From contig MU004185.1 of NCBI GenBank assembly GCA_010093605.1, forward strand, positions 22,534 through 86,533: a stretch of DNA of 64,000 bases, written 5' to 3'. The notes below the pieces were generated by a model that had not been told where the DNA came from, did not search any database, and worked only from the letters and a program-made list of their open reading frames with translations. The position numbers were made by a program, and so were the translations under genes. This document shows positions 49,957 to 62,923 of this stretch, piece by piece. The DNA is from Lophium mytilinum (taxonomy: Eukaryota). Position 1 is the stretch's first letter; every line of letters starts with the position of its first letter.

Positions 49957-50818
49957 TCAACATACCCATCCGCCGTCAATTTGCTGAACAGTCCCACTAA
50001 TGTACTGACTCTCGTCGCAAAGCAGCCAGCATATCAACGACGCAATCTCCGAAGGCTCTCCTTCGCGCTTTATTTGCTGAACCCAGGGCATTCCCTCTCC
50101 TCTATGCTCCGACACTTTGTGGTACATGGGTGTATTTATGATTCCCCTTAAACCCACAGAGCACCTGTTAGACACGGCATCGCCTCGGGGAGGCCATCGA
50201 CTTACGGGGCTATGCAATTGACTCGAATGCCCTTCGTCGGTCCGACTTTCTTCGCGGCGCATTTCGTCAAGCCTACAACACCAAACTTGGATGCTCCATA
50301 TGCCGCGCAATTCGCAAATCCAATCAGACCCGCAACGCTAGATGCGTTCACTACGCTTCCCTTGTTGTTCATATATTGCAGCTCCGATCGCATGCAGTAC
50401 ATTATCCCAGTGAGGTTGACTGAAATAACGAAGTCCCAGTCGGATGTCTGCTGGTCCTCAACGGTGCCAGTATGGAATGTTTTGGGCAACACTCCTGCCA
50501 AGTTGGCTGCGCCATCTAGCTTCCCAAACTTTTCGACCGTCTTCTCAATCCAAGCTGCTACCTGTTGCTCACTTCGGACGTCTACAGCCGTAGCCATGAC
50601 TTGCCCACCGGACTTCTCGATATCGGCTGCTACGCTGAATAAAGATTCCTCCTGAATATCGGCCATCGAGACTTTTGCTCCTCGCGCGCAGAGCATCTTG
50701 CAAGTTTCTAATGCCATTCCTGTTGAGTTCTTAGCTTATAGTATAGATACGTTGGGGTGTACTCGCCTCCTCCGGCTCCTGTGACTACAATCACCTTTCC
50801 TCGTAAGTTATTTGACAT
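49957..50818 (-). CDS. Classical short-chain dehydrogenase/reductase; first intron GC-AG (50766-50720)
   Basis: VVTGAGGG|MA, NLAG, YGASK, IRVNCIAP|G, IDGG motifs. Confidence 0.92.
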
Positions 50819-51224
50819 GCTGAAGTGTGTTTGGAGCTCGGGCGGTTTCTATTCCAACGAGATTTCTTTTATTCATGCCATCAGCCCTTTCGTCCTTCTA
50901 TATCACGTTCTGTCAGAAGAATAGAGCCGTATTTCAATCTCCACATGTGCTTCCTAGCGTGGCTGGGTCGCGGAGCGGAGAAGTCCTACGCTACGGGAAT
51001 GGATTCGCGCGATGGAGCACGTACTTCTTAACCATCACGTGATACGCTCATCTTTTCAATGTTCTCGCCGCTGTGACTATAGGCCCAGAGCTAGGGACAC
51101 ACATTTAGAGAGAAGAAATGATGGTCTTTGAGGAAGATCAGGTCCACAGGGTAATTATTGCCACGAAAAGGTTATAATCAGAGGAACATGGTATGCCGCA
51201 AATATAACAGTTGAAACATCCACT

Positions 51225-53282
51225 TCAGCACCACGCCTTCCAATTCGGATCGTCCTCATCGAGCTCTGGCTGCGGCTCTCGCACCACCGTGCCGCTTTTC
51301 GTCAACACCTTTCTCACTTTCGCCTTACTCAAATACGGCGAATCGTCAACCTCCCGGATATAATACGCCCAATCGCAAGTCTGATCTAATTCCGTTTGAC
51401 TGAAGCCATTCCCCAACCAATCGAACCTGTTTCCCTTATATGCGACATCAAAATCGTCCGCACGCAAGTACTGCATCGCCTCGCAATAATGCAGCGAGCT
51501 GCCAGGCCAAAGCGCCGAGACGCGACCGTCGATGGTCCCGTGCTTGTACCAGCTACGGCAGCCGGCTTTCCAGATTGTATCGCGCATGAAGAGGTCAGTG
51601 CGAGCGGCGAAGTCGTTTATGGCAGCTTGTTTAGGTATGAAAGATTTGATGTTTTCGGTTTGCCAGCGGTCACACCAGCGGAGCATGTAGTCGGCTTGTG
51701 CCTCTGCGTCATCTGGTCAGTTAAAAGTCATACTGCGGTGCTTGAAGAACTACTTACCAATAGCTCCAACCAGAGGACCGCTCCCTATGGGGCAATTTGG
51801 ACCTAAGAAGTGGAGGTAATTTGGCTGCTCTGGCGCGCCAACTCCCATGTATGAGTGTGCCTCTCCCGCTGATCCCCACAAATCCTGAAGGTTCTTTCCA
51901 TTCTTTCCGTGTATAGGAAAACGGGGCTTAAATGAGGTGTCGAAACCAGTGGCGCAAATCAGAACATCCATTTCGTACTCCTTACCGTTGTCGCAGACCG
52001 CGCCCTGCTCGTTGATCTTGGTTATCTCGCCGTAGACAACCTCCACATTCGGCTTTTGCAAAGTCTCAAGATACATGATGCCCGGCGTCATTCTTCGGCA
52101 GCCGAATCCCCACTGCGGTATCAACTGCTCTTGAAGCTTCTGATCTATGAGACGCGTTCGCATCTGAAACCCAACTCGCTTCTTGGTAGTTTCTTGCATT
52201 TTGCTTCCGTTTAAAAACATAGGGTAGATCGAATTGACAGTGCTCTCGATGTTCTTACGCTGTTCTAAGAGGTGGCCTGGGCGGTTTGCGAAAGCGTCTA
52301 ATTCTTCTTTAGTATAAATGTGTTGATCGAGCCCTTGAATTGGAGCGACCCATGTTGGGCTCCTGAAAAATGTCGTCACCGCTTTGACCTTGGGGTATAT
52401 AGCTGGCAAGATCTGTATACCAGATGAGCCATTCCCGATTAATCCCACGTTCTTCCCCGCCAAATCAACGGATTCATCGTAATGCGCGCTGTGCAGAAGC
52501 TGGCCTTTGAAATTCTGTAATCCAGGTATGGATGGCCACTTCCAATTGTTGAGGATCCCAGATGCGTTGATTAGGATGTCGCAGCTCTCCTCCAGGATAG
52601 TGCCTGTAGTATGGTCTTTCACTCTCACGTTCCAGAGGCCTTCTACTTCCTCCCATCGTGCCTCGATGACTTCGTGGCTGACGCTGATATACCGGTCCAA
52701 ACTGTATTTTGCTGCGAAATCCTTGAAGTACTTGAAAATCTCCTTACTTCCCACGTATACGGCCGACCAATCTTTTTTCTGCTCCCAGCTCCAGACGTAG
52801 TTGTGGCCTGGGACGTCGCAAGCGCACCTTTGACCACCATGTTAGCAATGTCGGAACCTGATGGGTATGAATGTTACTCACCCTGGGTATCTGTTCTCAA
52901 ACCATGTCCCTGAAATGTCGGGGTTCTTCTCAAACACTCTGAGCGAGAAATTCTCAAATGATCGCTGGAGTTTGTATGCGAAACACAGTCCGGAGGCGCC
53001 AGCTCCAATGACTACGATTCGCATGGGGCGTTCGGAGTGGATTGGGCCTCCTAGTTCTTCGTTTCGATAATAGCCGTTCTCGCCATTTCGGCGTTTGGCG
53101 TTTGAAGGCGTTTGTGTGTCGAAATGACCGTTGGCGGCATGGCCTTTAACCCCGTTTTTGGGAAACAGAGACGACGCTTCTGGGGAAGTTTCGCTGATAA
53201 GCACGCCGTTGGCGTGCTTTCCATCGCCGTTGAAGTTTGAGTTTAGAGTTGTGACAACGGGAGGTGGGATTACATCCGCCAT
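51225..53282 (-). CDS. Class B flavin monooxygenase (Baeyer-Villiger/FMO type)
   Basis: IGAGASG, GTWFENRYPG|CACD, FKGQLLHSAHYD, IGNGSSG, GCRR, ATGF motifs. Two introns. Confidence 0.94.
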
Positions 53283-53493
53283 CCTTCCCTTCGGCAGCGT
53301 GAAAATGCCGCTAGAAATAGAGCAAAGTCTTGATAGACGAGATTATGAAGAATATCTCCCCGCAGGCTACGTATGTTTAGATCATATATCCGCGTTCTGC
53401 TCAGACTCTTTCTCGAGTTGGTCTCTCTTGGCATCATTCTACAGCGTCGGAAGGAGTATCACAACGACCGGCATACTATGCTCGGGATCAGGT

Positions 53494-53504
53494 ATGCGGG
53501 GTGC
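53494..53504 (+). promoter_or_regulatory. Putative CreA-type site within an 11-bp motif (atgcggggtgc) shared with the TF promoter
   Basis: Contains SYGGRG (GCGGGG). Lies in the divergent BVMO/SDR intergenic region. Identical 11-mer at 60208-60218. Confidence 0.35.
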
Positions 53505-53940
53505 CAAGGTACCGGCCTTCCAAAGCCATGGTCGGGAGATTCAATTCTCGCTTCTTGGTTCCCGTGGCGTAGGCGAGAGTCCTAGTGTTGGACTCTTCTC
53601 GGTTCTCGCTACGGCTTTCAATGTCCGAATGCTTGAGTCGACGAATCTTCAAGCATTTGCCTGAAGATTGCTCCCAAATTGGAAATTGTCTAAATTCGAC
53701 CCTAACATAAGGAGCGCGGTCATTCACTTTTCCAGGCTTTGCCTTTGCTAGCTCCGGATCTAAATGTACTGCCTGCAAGGGCCATACTCCATGCACAGCT
53801 ATTCACTTTTGCGGTTCATGCCAATATTCACTCATCTAGGACTAAAAAAGGAAGGATCTTACCACCAAAATCCACGAATCTGGACTCATTTTCTGACACT
53901 ATAGCCTACATCCATGAGAATTATTTTCTACTTCTGAACC

Positions 53941-54838
53941 ATGAAAACCGCCAAAACAGCCTTAATCACGGGGGGTGGTCGGTAGCCCCTTTCCCAGCAT
54001 CTTTTTCCCGTAACTGAATCCCCTCTTCAGCTAGTGGCATGGGCCTAGCAGTCGCCCGGGCTCTTCACTCCAAAGGCTGGAATATTGCCCTAGTTGATCT
54101 AGACTCTACAAATGGAACCAAAGTCGTCGCCGAACTCGGCTTAAACTCCATATTCATCGAAACGGATGTCACCGACTACGCTTCCCAAGTGCTCGCTTTC
54201 GAGAAGACAGTAGCCCGATTTTTGGATATAGACTTCGTTTTCGCGAATGCAGGCATCGCAGGCCGAGGCGGGTTCTACGACTAAACCAAGGATTGGCCGC
54301 CAAAGCCGCCATCAATGCTTCTGCAAAATGTATGCCTAACAGGTGTGGTATACTCTAGCTGGCTGGGTATGCATTATATGCGACGGAATGCGGTTCCAGG
54401 CGGGTCGATTGTCATGACTGCTTCAGGTACGTTCTCTAGCCAACCTCCTACACCCGCGTCGTTCTCCAGTCTAATGACGACGAAGCCGCTTCACTCTACC
54501 CTTCCCCAGATCTACCGCTCTACTGCTCAAGCAAGCACGGCGTATTGGGTCTGATGCGGTCCATGAGTATCCCTTTAGCAAAAGAGAATATTCGCGTGAG
54601 TTGCATTCTTCCTGGCGCAATCCATACTTCTCTTCATCCTGAAGACGTGTGGGCGCAATTTGGGAGGGAAAATTTCACTTCTATCGACCTGATTGTGAAA
54701 ACCGTGCTAGAGTTGCTGAATGGCGAAGAGGCGGCTGGGAAAGCGATGGAGGTGAGTGCCGGTGAGGTGTTTGATAGGAAACAGCCAAAGTTTTGTAACG
54801 AGACGATGCGATTGATTATGACGGATAAGGAATACTAG
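53941..54838 (+). pseudogene. Short-chain dehydrogenase (15-hydroxyprostaglandin dehydrogenase-like) with in-frame TAA at 54282-54284
   Basis: LITGG|ASGMG, FANAGI, YCSSK, ILPG motifs. Introns 53978-54030 and 54427-54485. Reading GFYD*TKDWPPKP resumes in the same frame. Confidence 0.82.
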
Positions 54839-55030
54839 TAATTCCGCATAGAAAGTTGGCAAGAAAGCTAACAAGTGCAAGCTGGAAAAGACATCTTGCA
54901 CATCTAGAGTAGTATATGTTGCAACAGTGATCGAGTGAGCTCATATTTGCTATCAGAGTAACTCCCGACAATATTACATGCTTTGCTTTCGTAAAGACAA
55001 TACCACCCACTTCAATTGGAACAAATGTTA

Positions 55031-57106
55031 CTAATGGAACTTATTCTTCTCAGCCAAAGCGTCGTTCTCCAAGAAAGTCTCAATCTTCTCATTCATCTTC
55101 GGCCCGATGTCCTCGCAGAAACATGCCAAGATGATACCAACGACCCCAAAGGCCATCGAAGCCAAAGCAGCATTTCTACATCAAGGTCAGCAAGAATCCT
55201 ACAACACGTCAGAATATGTGAGTCAATGATCCATACCTCAGTCCATAAGCAACAGCGTACTTATACGCCGTCCCAATCGCCTCGGCGCCCTGAGGCGTAA
55301 CCCCGGGAATCTTCTCAAGAGCAGCAGCTCCCAGTCCGGCAGCGGCAGAGACAGCGGCCATCGATGATTGAGGGATTCCAGCTGCCAGAGCGGCCTTGGG
55401 AATGAGTACAGCACCTCTCTCGGCGATGCCATTCGAGATTGCGCTTGAGTAGCAAGCGCTCGCAACAGCGCCGCCGGCGTACCGTGCTGTTCCTGCCAGG
55501 CCGCCCGAAAGTCCGAGCATAGTCTGGGGAACGCCGAGTTGGGTGTAAGTCACAGAGAGATAGGCTGCCCAGCCGTACGATAGTTGGCTTAGGGTCACGA
55601 AGGTAATCATCGTGACTTTGTTGTAGGGTGTCATCAGGGCGAGGAGGCAGCCAAAGAGGACCAGTGAAAATGTTGAAGCGATCCTGGAAATAGCGTGTTA
55701 GTTTTCATTAGAAGAAGAGAAGCGAGTCTTGGAACGTACATGGTGATTTTCCAGTGCCCAATTTTCCTTCCAAAAGCGACGAGGAGCATCGCTCCAAGTG
55801 GGAGTGCCAAGTTAGCCGGGAGCGTTAGCAGCAGCTGTGTGGAAATTGAGGTATTTGCATCGATATAGAAGGCATCTGGGGATTTGAAGTCAGTCAAGAT
55901 GGAGTAATAATGCGTGCTATCGAGGTTTGGCATGCTTACTGAGCATCGTAGGGTAAATGACCGCCGTGCCGTAGAAGAACCCAACGATGATGAAAGTGAG
56001 GCAGAATGGTACCCCAAATTCGCGACCTTTGTGACTTGAGAAGATTTCCTCGGGGCATAGAGGGAATCGAACACCCGAAAAACGTTCCCAAAGTCCAAAA
56101 GCAATGATGAGTACAAAGCCAACGACGAGACAGATAATGACCCTTTTGTCAGTGGCGGGAATGTAACTTGTGTAGACCACTAGATCCAGTTAGATTGTTT
56201 CATCACTCATAGGGCGAATACGTACTGCCTACGAGAACGAGAATGGCCCCGATGGTGAAGAGAATGGCTCCAACCCAATCCAAACCGCGTACGGCCTCTT
56301 TCCACGGAACTCCCCGGGGGTGTTTTGGAGGCTGATAAAAGATGAACAATCCAATAAAAGCAATCATAGTGAAAACGAAGCCTCCCCAGTAGACATATTG
56401 CCACCTACTATCGCTATTGATGATTGCATAGCGCCCTACCACGGGGCCTATGACGATCATAACGTATACGAAGCCATCGGCGAGGACCACACCGATGTGT
56501 CGATATTTGTTGGGAATCAATTCCGGTACCGCGATCAGAGCGACACCGGCCATGCCAGATCCAAAACCATTGAGACTGAGTCCGGCGATCAACATGCTCG
56601 TGTTGTGAGCGCGCGCGCACACGATATAGCCAACCGCAGTTACAAGGTTTGCTGCGAGTAGAAAGTATCTGCGGCCGAATAGATCGCTGTTAGCGCCGAA
56701 AATGAGGATGCTGATGGTAGCGCAGGTGGTGATGCAAGGAATAACCCAAGATGATAATTCAACTTGGCCCAATTTTGTCAATAGTTGGGAAGACATCGCA
56801 GCCGTTGTAGGAGTGGCCCTTTTCTATTTTAGCGACGATAATAAGAACAATTTCGAGAGAGATTGGTACCAGAATGGTGATCCGAAGGTCATAACCAGAA
56901 ACTTGAGATACATTAGTACTATTTATGCAAATAAAAGATGGTAGTCTCACAAAAATGCAAAGCCATGCCTTCGGAGTCGTTCGTTCCTCTCTCACACCCT
57001 CGTGTTCCGCCTTGGTCTCATCAACCGCAGTGGAGTTGGTTGGCGAGTGGGTTTCGATGTCTTCCGAATGCACGATATCGTGATCGGACTTTTCAATTGC
57101 AGCCAT
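55031..57106 (-). CDS. MFS transporter (TRI12/siderophore-transporter-like efflux family), multi-exon
   Basis: SDLFGRRY, PELIPNKYR, W.YVY, PPKHPRG, DWVG motifs and many hydrophobic segments. Terminal exon CEDIGPKMNEKIETFLEND...FH*. Confidence 0.92.
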
Positions 57107-57873
57107 GGTTTCTCACAAAGAGAGGAAGTGTCTTGAGACGAATGTGTAGTACGGCGATGCAGGACCAGAATGCAGAGGTTATCTCGGGCTTGATATAGAT
57201 ATAAGGACTATAAAATGAGACTCTCCACGCCTCAAAACTCAAATGAACTAAGCCGTTTTGTCTTGACTCAAATATGGCGCCTATCACCTAGCAAAAATGG
57301 AAAATGAGACGCCACAATTCCCTGGCGTCTCCATGCTATGGGATACGGATTTGTGGAGTATGGGGTAATCTTGCGGGGAAGCGCAACGATGATTCATTAG
57401 TTCCCTCTAGCGGCTCCTGCAGATTGGTCCCAGTCAATCGTCCTTGTCTCTGAAGGCACATGCGCACTACGGTCATTGAAGTCCGGGGGACGCGACTGAT
57501 CAACGCAACCATCGGCTGCGTTCTGCCGGCCAACATCACTGGCCACACCTCTATCCTATTGGTCTACGGCTAGTATGCAGGTGAGGTGGATTCACATGCA
57601 CATATTACCAGCTCCATGGTCTCGGAGTTGACTTTTTGGCATGGTCTGAAGGTTGTCGCCGCGGAGGCAGAAGACCGACTTTTCATAGTCTCTCCGGCAT
57701 TGGAGAGACCGTGGTCAAAAAAGGACCAATGAAGGCAAGCCCTTGGGAACGATCAGGGTTCCAGACGCAATACATCAGGTATTCCCGCCATAGGCAATGT
57801 AAAGTTTCTTCGTATACTACCAATAATTTGATAACCTTGCTACGCTTGCCGTACGGCTAATTTCTCTGTCGCA

Positions 57874-60097
57874 ATGGTCTATCCGGGCCAACTCCATTAT
57901 TCTGAGTTCAAAGCTCCAATATTGAATAGACCAATCGACGATCCAGGCCGCAAACTCCGGATCATTTGCATTGGCGCTGGAATCTCGGGAGTTACGACTG
58001 CAATTCGTTTCCGACAGCATTTAGGCGCAAACATAGACCTTCAGATATACGAGAAAAATGCGGGTATGGGCGAAGAGCACTCCCAGAGAATCAGCATAGC
58101 ATACACTGACTGGGTTTGGTAGATATTGGAGGTGTGTGGCTGGAGAATAAATACCCAGGCGTAGCCTGCGACATCCCAGCGCCGTGTTTCGCGTTTTTGT
58201 TTGAAGACAACCCTGATTGGTCTGAATACTATGCTGGAGGTAAAGAGATCAAGGACTATGTGCAGCGAGTGGCTACAAAGTATGGTGTCAGAGAAATGAT
58301 GAAGTTTCAGCATCCTGTGCAAGAAGCAGTATGGCACGAGGGAGACGGGAAATGGCGGCTCAAGATCCATGACATCCAGAATGATGTGGTAGGTCTTCAG
58401 GACTTCCTCATCTAGGTTGCACAGCTAATATCCTGACAGATGATTGAAGATGAGGCGGATATCGTGGTGATGGCGTGGGGTATGCTGAATAACTGGGAGT
58501 TCCCCAAGATTCCGGGAATTTCCATGTTCAAAGGCCCCAATATGCATACTGCTGATTATGACGAGACTTTTGATCCCACGGATAAGGTGGTCGCGCTTGT
58601 TGGGGGAGGATCAACTGGTGTGCAGGTGCTTCCGCACATCCAGAAGAAGGCAAAGAGGGTACATCATTACATGAGATCGCAGTGAGTACCTCCACTAGCC
58701 CCCATGTCTAATGCCAGAGTAGGAGAGCTGAATCGTCGAAATAGGAACTGGATAGCTCCTGTTGGGTTCGGGGCCGGCGAGCTTCAAAAGCGCCAGGCGC
58801 TCGAAGCCGGAAACTGTACGTAATGTAGCGAAACGTGATGAACCTCAGCTGACGGCAAACCAACTAGTTTCATATGCAGAAGAAGAACGTCGACGCTGGG
58901 CTGAAGATCCAACATCTTACCATGAGTATCGTCGGGGCATCGAGGATGGTATAATGGCATATATGGCAGAGTCGGGATTCACCTACGGTTCTCCAGAGCA
59001 GCAAAAGATGGAAGGAGAGTTCCGAGCGCGCATGAAACGTGCCCTGGGCCAAAGACCCGAGATCTTGAAAACGTTACTTCCAGAATTTCCTCCTGGGTGT
59101 CGTAGGCTGGTACCAGGGCCTGGGTACCTCGAGGCGGTCGTAAAGGATAACATCGAATGGATCCCGGAGCAGATCGAGAAAGTGACTGCAGAAGGCATTG
59201 TAACTAAGGATGGTATATTACACAGATGCGACGCTATCATCTGGGCGACTGGCTTCATTTGGTAGGCATAGCTCCTCATACTTTGAGAGGCGCATGCTGA
59301 TTATGATACCTAGTGATTTCAGAAGCCGCTTTCCAGTCACTGGCCGCGACGGAATTACTTGGAACCAAGTGATGGATCCGGAGCCTGAGGCGTATCTCGG
59401 AGTCCTTGTCGACAAAATGCCAAACTGCTTCCTGTACTTTGGTCCTAATTGCGCGCCTGGCGCTGGAAACGCCTACCTTGCTATAGAGACCGAATGCGAG
59501 TTGATGATCTCGTGTATCAAGAAGATCCTAAGAGAAAAGATCAAGTCGATTTGCATCAAGTCAGTATCTCAGCACAGTTATAGAAATTCGCGGGTAGTGA
59601 TCCTGATCCGTCTTAGGCAAGAGAGAGTAAAGCAATACGTCGCGCACGTCAATGAATACCTTAAGAACACCATCTTTGGACAGCCGGTAGGCCACGCACG
59701 AAAGCTATTTGACCAACACGACTATTAACTCCAACAGTGCAAATCGTGGTTCAAAAGAGGCGATCCAACCGGTCGAAACATCGCATACTACCCTGGAAAC
59801 TCGTTAAACCTGCTCTACGTAGCAAGGAATCCCCGATGGGAAGACTTTGACTATACGTACCTAGACGAAATGGGCGGCAATCCCTTGACGTGGCTCGGCA
59901 ATGGCTATACGATGGCCGACTACGATGGCAGTTCGAGGACTTCGTACCTTGATCCGGCGGTCATCGACTATCCGCCGATACCTGAGGCAGAGATTCCTGT
60001 GAATGAAAATACGACCAGTGAGAGCTATGAGCGGGTGGAGATCAAAGATCCTGCAGATGTCAGTGTTGTACTGCTCCCAAGAACAACTGCTGCATAG
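57874..60097 (+). CDS. Class B flavin monooxygenase (Baeyer-Villiger/FMO type), multi-exon
   Basis: IGAGISG, GGVWLENKYPGVACDIP, FKGPNMHTADYD, VGGGSTG, GCRR, ATGF, CKSWFK, PRWEDF motifs. Confidence 0.93.
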
Positions 60098-60207
60098 AAA
60101 GCTCGCACTGTATCGTCAAGACTGCGGTGACATTGGTTGGTGATCAGATTTATATAGACATCAGAGAAAGAAGAAGTTTCATGATGTTTCGGGCTTCGTT
60201 CTCCGGG

Positions 60208-60218
60208 ATGCGGGGTGC
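60208..60218 (+). promoter_or_regulatory. Putative CreA-type site upstream of the Zn2Cys6 TF
   Basis: atgcggggtgc ~135 bp upstream of ATG 60353. Identical to 53494-53504. Confidence 0.35.
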
Positions 60219-60352
60219 AAAACAAGCGAATCGTGGGGTAGACTAGCGAGGCGGCATGAAGATCAGCTAGTGAATTTAGTTCCCCTGCGGAGATCGACCT
60301 GCGACCTGCGACTCGCGACTCATCTCAATCACTTCCCACTATACTCCTAGCC

Positions 60353-62708
60353 ATGAATGAACAAACGTACCCCCGGCCAGTCCCTGCGTTGCAAAAAGAT
60401 GGAATGGGAGGACTGCCTGGTATCCAATCGTACTCTAATATCTCAAGCTTTACTCACCCTCGACCGGCTGCAAAGCCGAATCGCAAACCAAAGCAGCTGG
60501 CATGCATAAGTTGTCGCCGAAAAAAGGTCAAAGTAAGTATACTTGATACAACAGTAACCAATGAAAGCGTTAAAGCTCACAACACGTATTAGTGCTTACC
60601 TGGCTCCGGTGGGAGAGACGCCTGCTCCCTTTGCGCAAAGCTAAAGATCGAATGCTTCATCCCACAAGTCGACGAACGGCGCCAGTCGACCCCGAAGCGG
60701 TTGGTCAGAGATCTATGTGCTCAAATTGCCCAGCTTCAAGCCGAGTTAGATACGCATAAGCAGTACTGCCTCATGGGACCAGAGCAAGGAGACTCGTGCT
60801 CAGCCCAAGACGAAATTTTGAGCCCAGCATCCGAGTCTGGCAAATCTGACGGCTCAAAGTCTAGCAACTCCGACAATATGATCGTCCGGTTATGTGGGGG
60901 CCAACGCCAGCTCAACAGCGACAGAGTTGGCCGGCTACGTTTCTTTGGTCCAACGTCGAGTTTGCATCTGGCGGAAAGCGTGACGTCCTCGGTCTTGATA
61001 CGCGAATCGAACGGAACGAGATCGCAGCTGCAGTGGCAAGATGAGTTTCCTCTAGACCTTCAGCAGCATCTTTTTAACCTGTTTTGGACGTATCAGCATC
61101 AAGTGCTGCCTATCATACATAAAGAAGGTACATCCTTACTTGATCCAAAGCATAGTAGCGGGTTGACGCTGACTTCTGAACCAAAGCTTTCCTCCGTGAT
61201 ATGAACAACGGCCATACGAAATACTGCAGCAGGCTTTTGGTGTACTGCATCCTGACTAGAGCAGCGGCGATATCTGACCAACCAGGGCTTCGAGCTTTGG
61301 CTCTGAGCGATGATGCAGATGACGATCCGCCGTTCCTTGTCCGGAAGTGTGTCTCTTATCTAGATATCGAACTAAACAATCCGGGAATTACAACATGTCA
61401 AGCGTTGCAACTCCTCAGCGAGATGCACTGCGCAATATCGAATGATACAAAAGGCTGGATGTACGCTGGTAAGGACTTGCCGTTTCTAGCCTACGGTGGA
61501 TGGATAAAGACTCACGCACTGTAGGCGGAGCTGGCCGCCTAGCATACGAGCTTGGTCTACACAGCGATAGCACAGGTCTCAGCACGAGTTTGAACAAGGT
61601 CGATCTAGAAGTGAGACAATTAGTGTTCTGGAGCTGTTTCAATCTTGACAGGTAAAGGTCGAGAAACTCGTCTAGAAGACTCTCACTAACCGTGAAAGGC
61701 AATGGGCACTCTATCTTGGTAGGCCTCAATGTATAAAACTAGAAGATGTTTCGGTCAAGAGACCTGGAGATGGGTTATCGGACTTACCATCGGAAGAGAC
61801 GAAGATTGCAGTGGCTTGGACAAGCTTGCTGGAGATTGTTGGTCTGATATGCGATAATCTGTAAGCCTTGGTTTCGGAACATACCCTAGCGAAAGCGGCT
61901 CTGACGACCTAGAAACGGGGTCAAAACTATACGGCGAGAGATAACGACTCTAGACCAACGCCTCCGCAGCTGGCCATCATCTCTCGATCCTTCATTTCAA
62001 TATAATCCCCATCAATCTCCGGCGGTCATAATCTTGCAGTAAGTCTTGTCTGCGTACCTATTAACTGCGTGAGTTTCGCTGATGCCAGGCTGCAATAGCA
62101 TGCAATACGCCGCCGCCTTGATCCTCCTCCACCGCCCTGTCGCCCACTTCGGAACAGACTCTGACTCAACAGCACACACATCTGCCAGTGAAACCTCACG
62201 CCAAATCTGCGTACATAATGCCTGCTTGATCGCTCAGTACCTCCAAGAGTACTACGAGAAACACGGCAGTGTACTCACCATGTCCTGGGTCGCGCTTCAT
62301 ATCATCGCCACCGCATCAACTACGCTCGTCGCCAACATTGCTGAGCGGAAAGGCTCCATTGATTTCAAATCACAGCTCTCATGCCTGCAGACGTGCATGC
62401 GGTCATTGAACGAGTTGGAGAAGAGCCATGTGGTGACGAGGAGGGTGAGGAAGGTTATCCAACATGCGATTCGCTTGTTGGACTTGGATTCGACCATTGA
62501 CTCAATGACTACGTCGCTTCCCTACGTGGGTTCGTCGTCGTCGCAATTGGCTGGGTTGTCTGAGCCACTGGTGACGCCGAGTCAGGATTTGGAGTTTGGG
62601 CCTGCGAGACTGGAGACGATCCCAGAGGTGTTCCAATTCAACGATCTGCTACCTGTTTGGTCGCAGTTCGATATGTTGAATTCGTTCGAGTCTTACTTTT
62701 CGGGATAG
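60353..62708 (+). CDS. Zn(II)2Cys6 transcription factor with Fungal_trans domain, multi-exon
   Basis: ACISCRRKKVK|CLP......CSLCAKLKIEC. FFGPTS, GWMYAG, ELGLH, VFWSCF.LD, LGRP, ILLHRP motifs. Confidence 0.93.
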
Positions 62709-62923
62709 GAATCTTGGCTGCAAGAGCAAGTACTAGTCCTTTAGGGAATGCTCCATTAGGTGACTAAACCTAAATCACGTTTCGAGCGACTAGTCTTAAT
62801 AGAGTTCCAATATACTAGATACACACACGATCTATATATAGTCGATTCGAATTACGTCGTTAGGTCGTTAAATACAACCGACCCTCACTATTTACTAGCG
62901 TGAAATTCTCACATGAAAAGACT

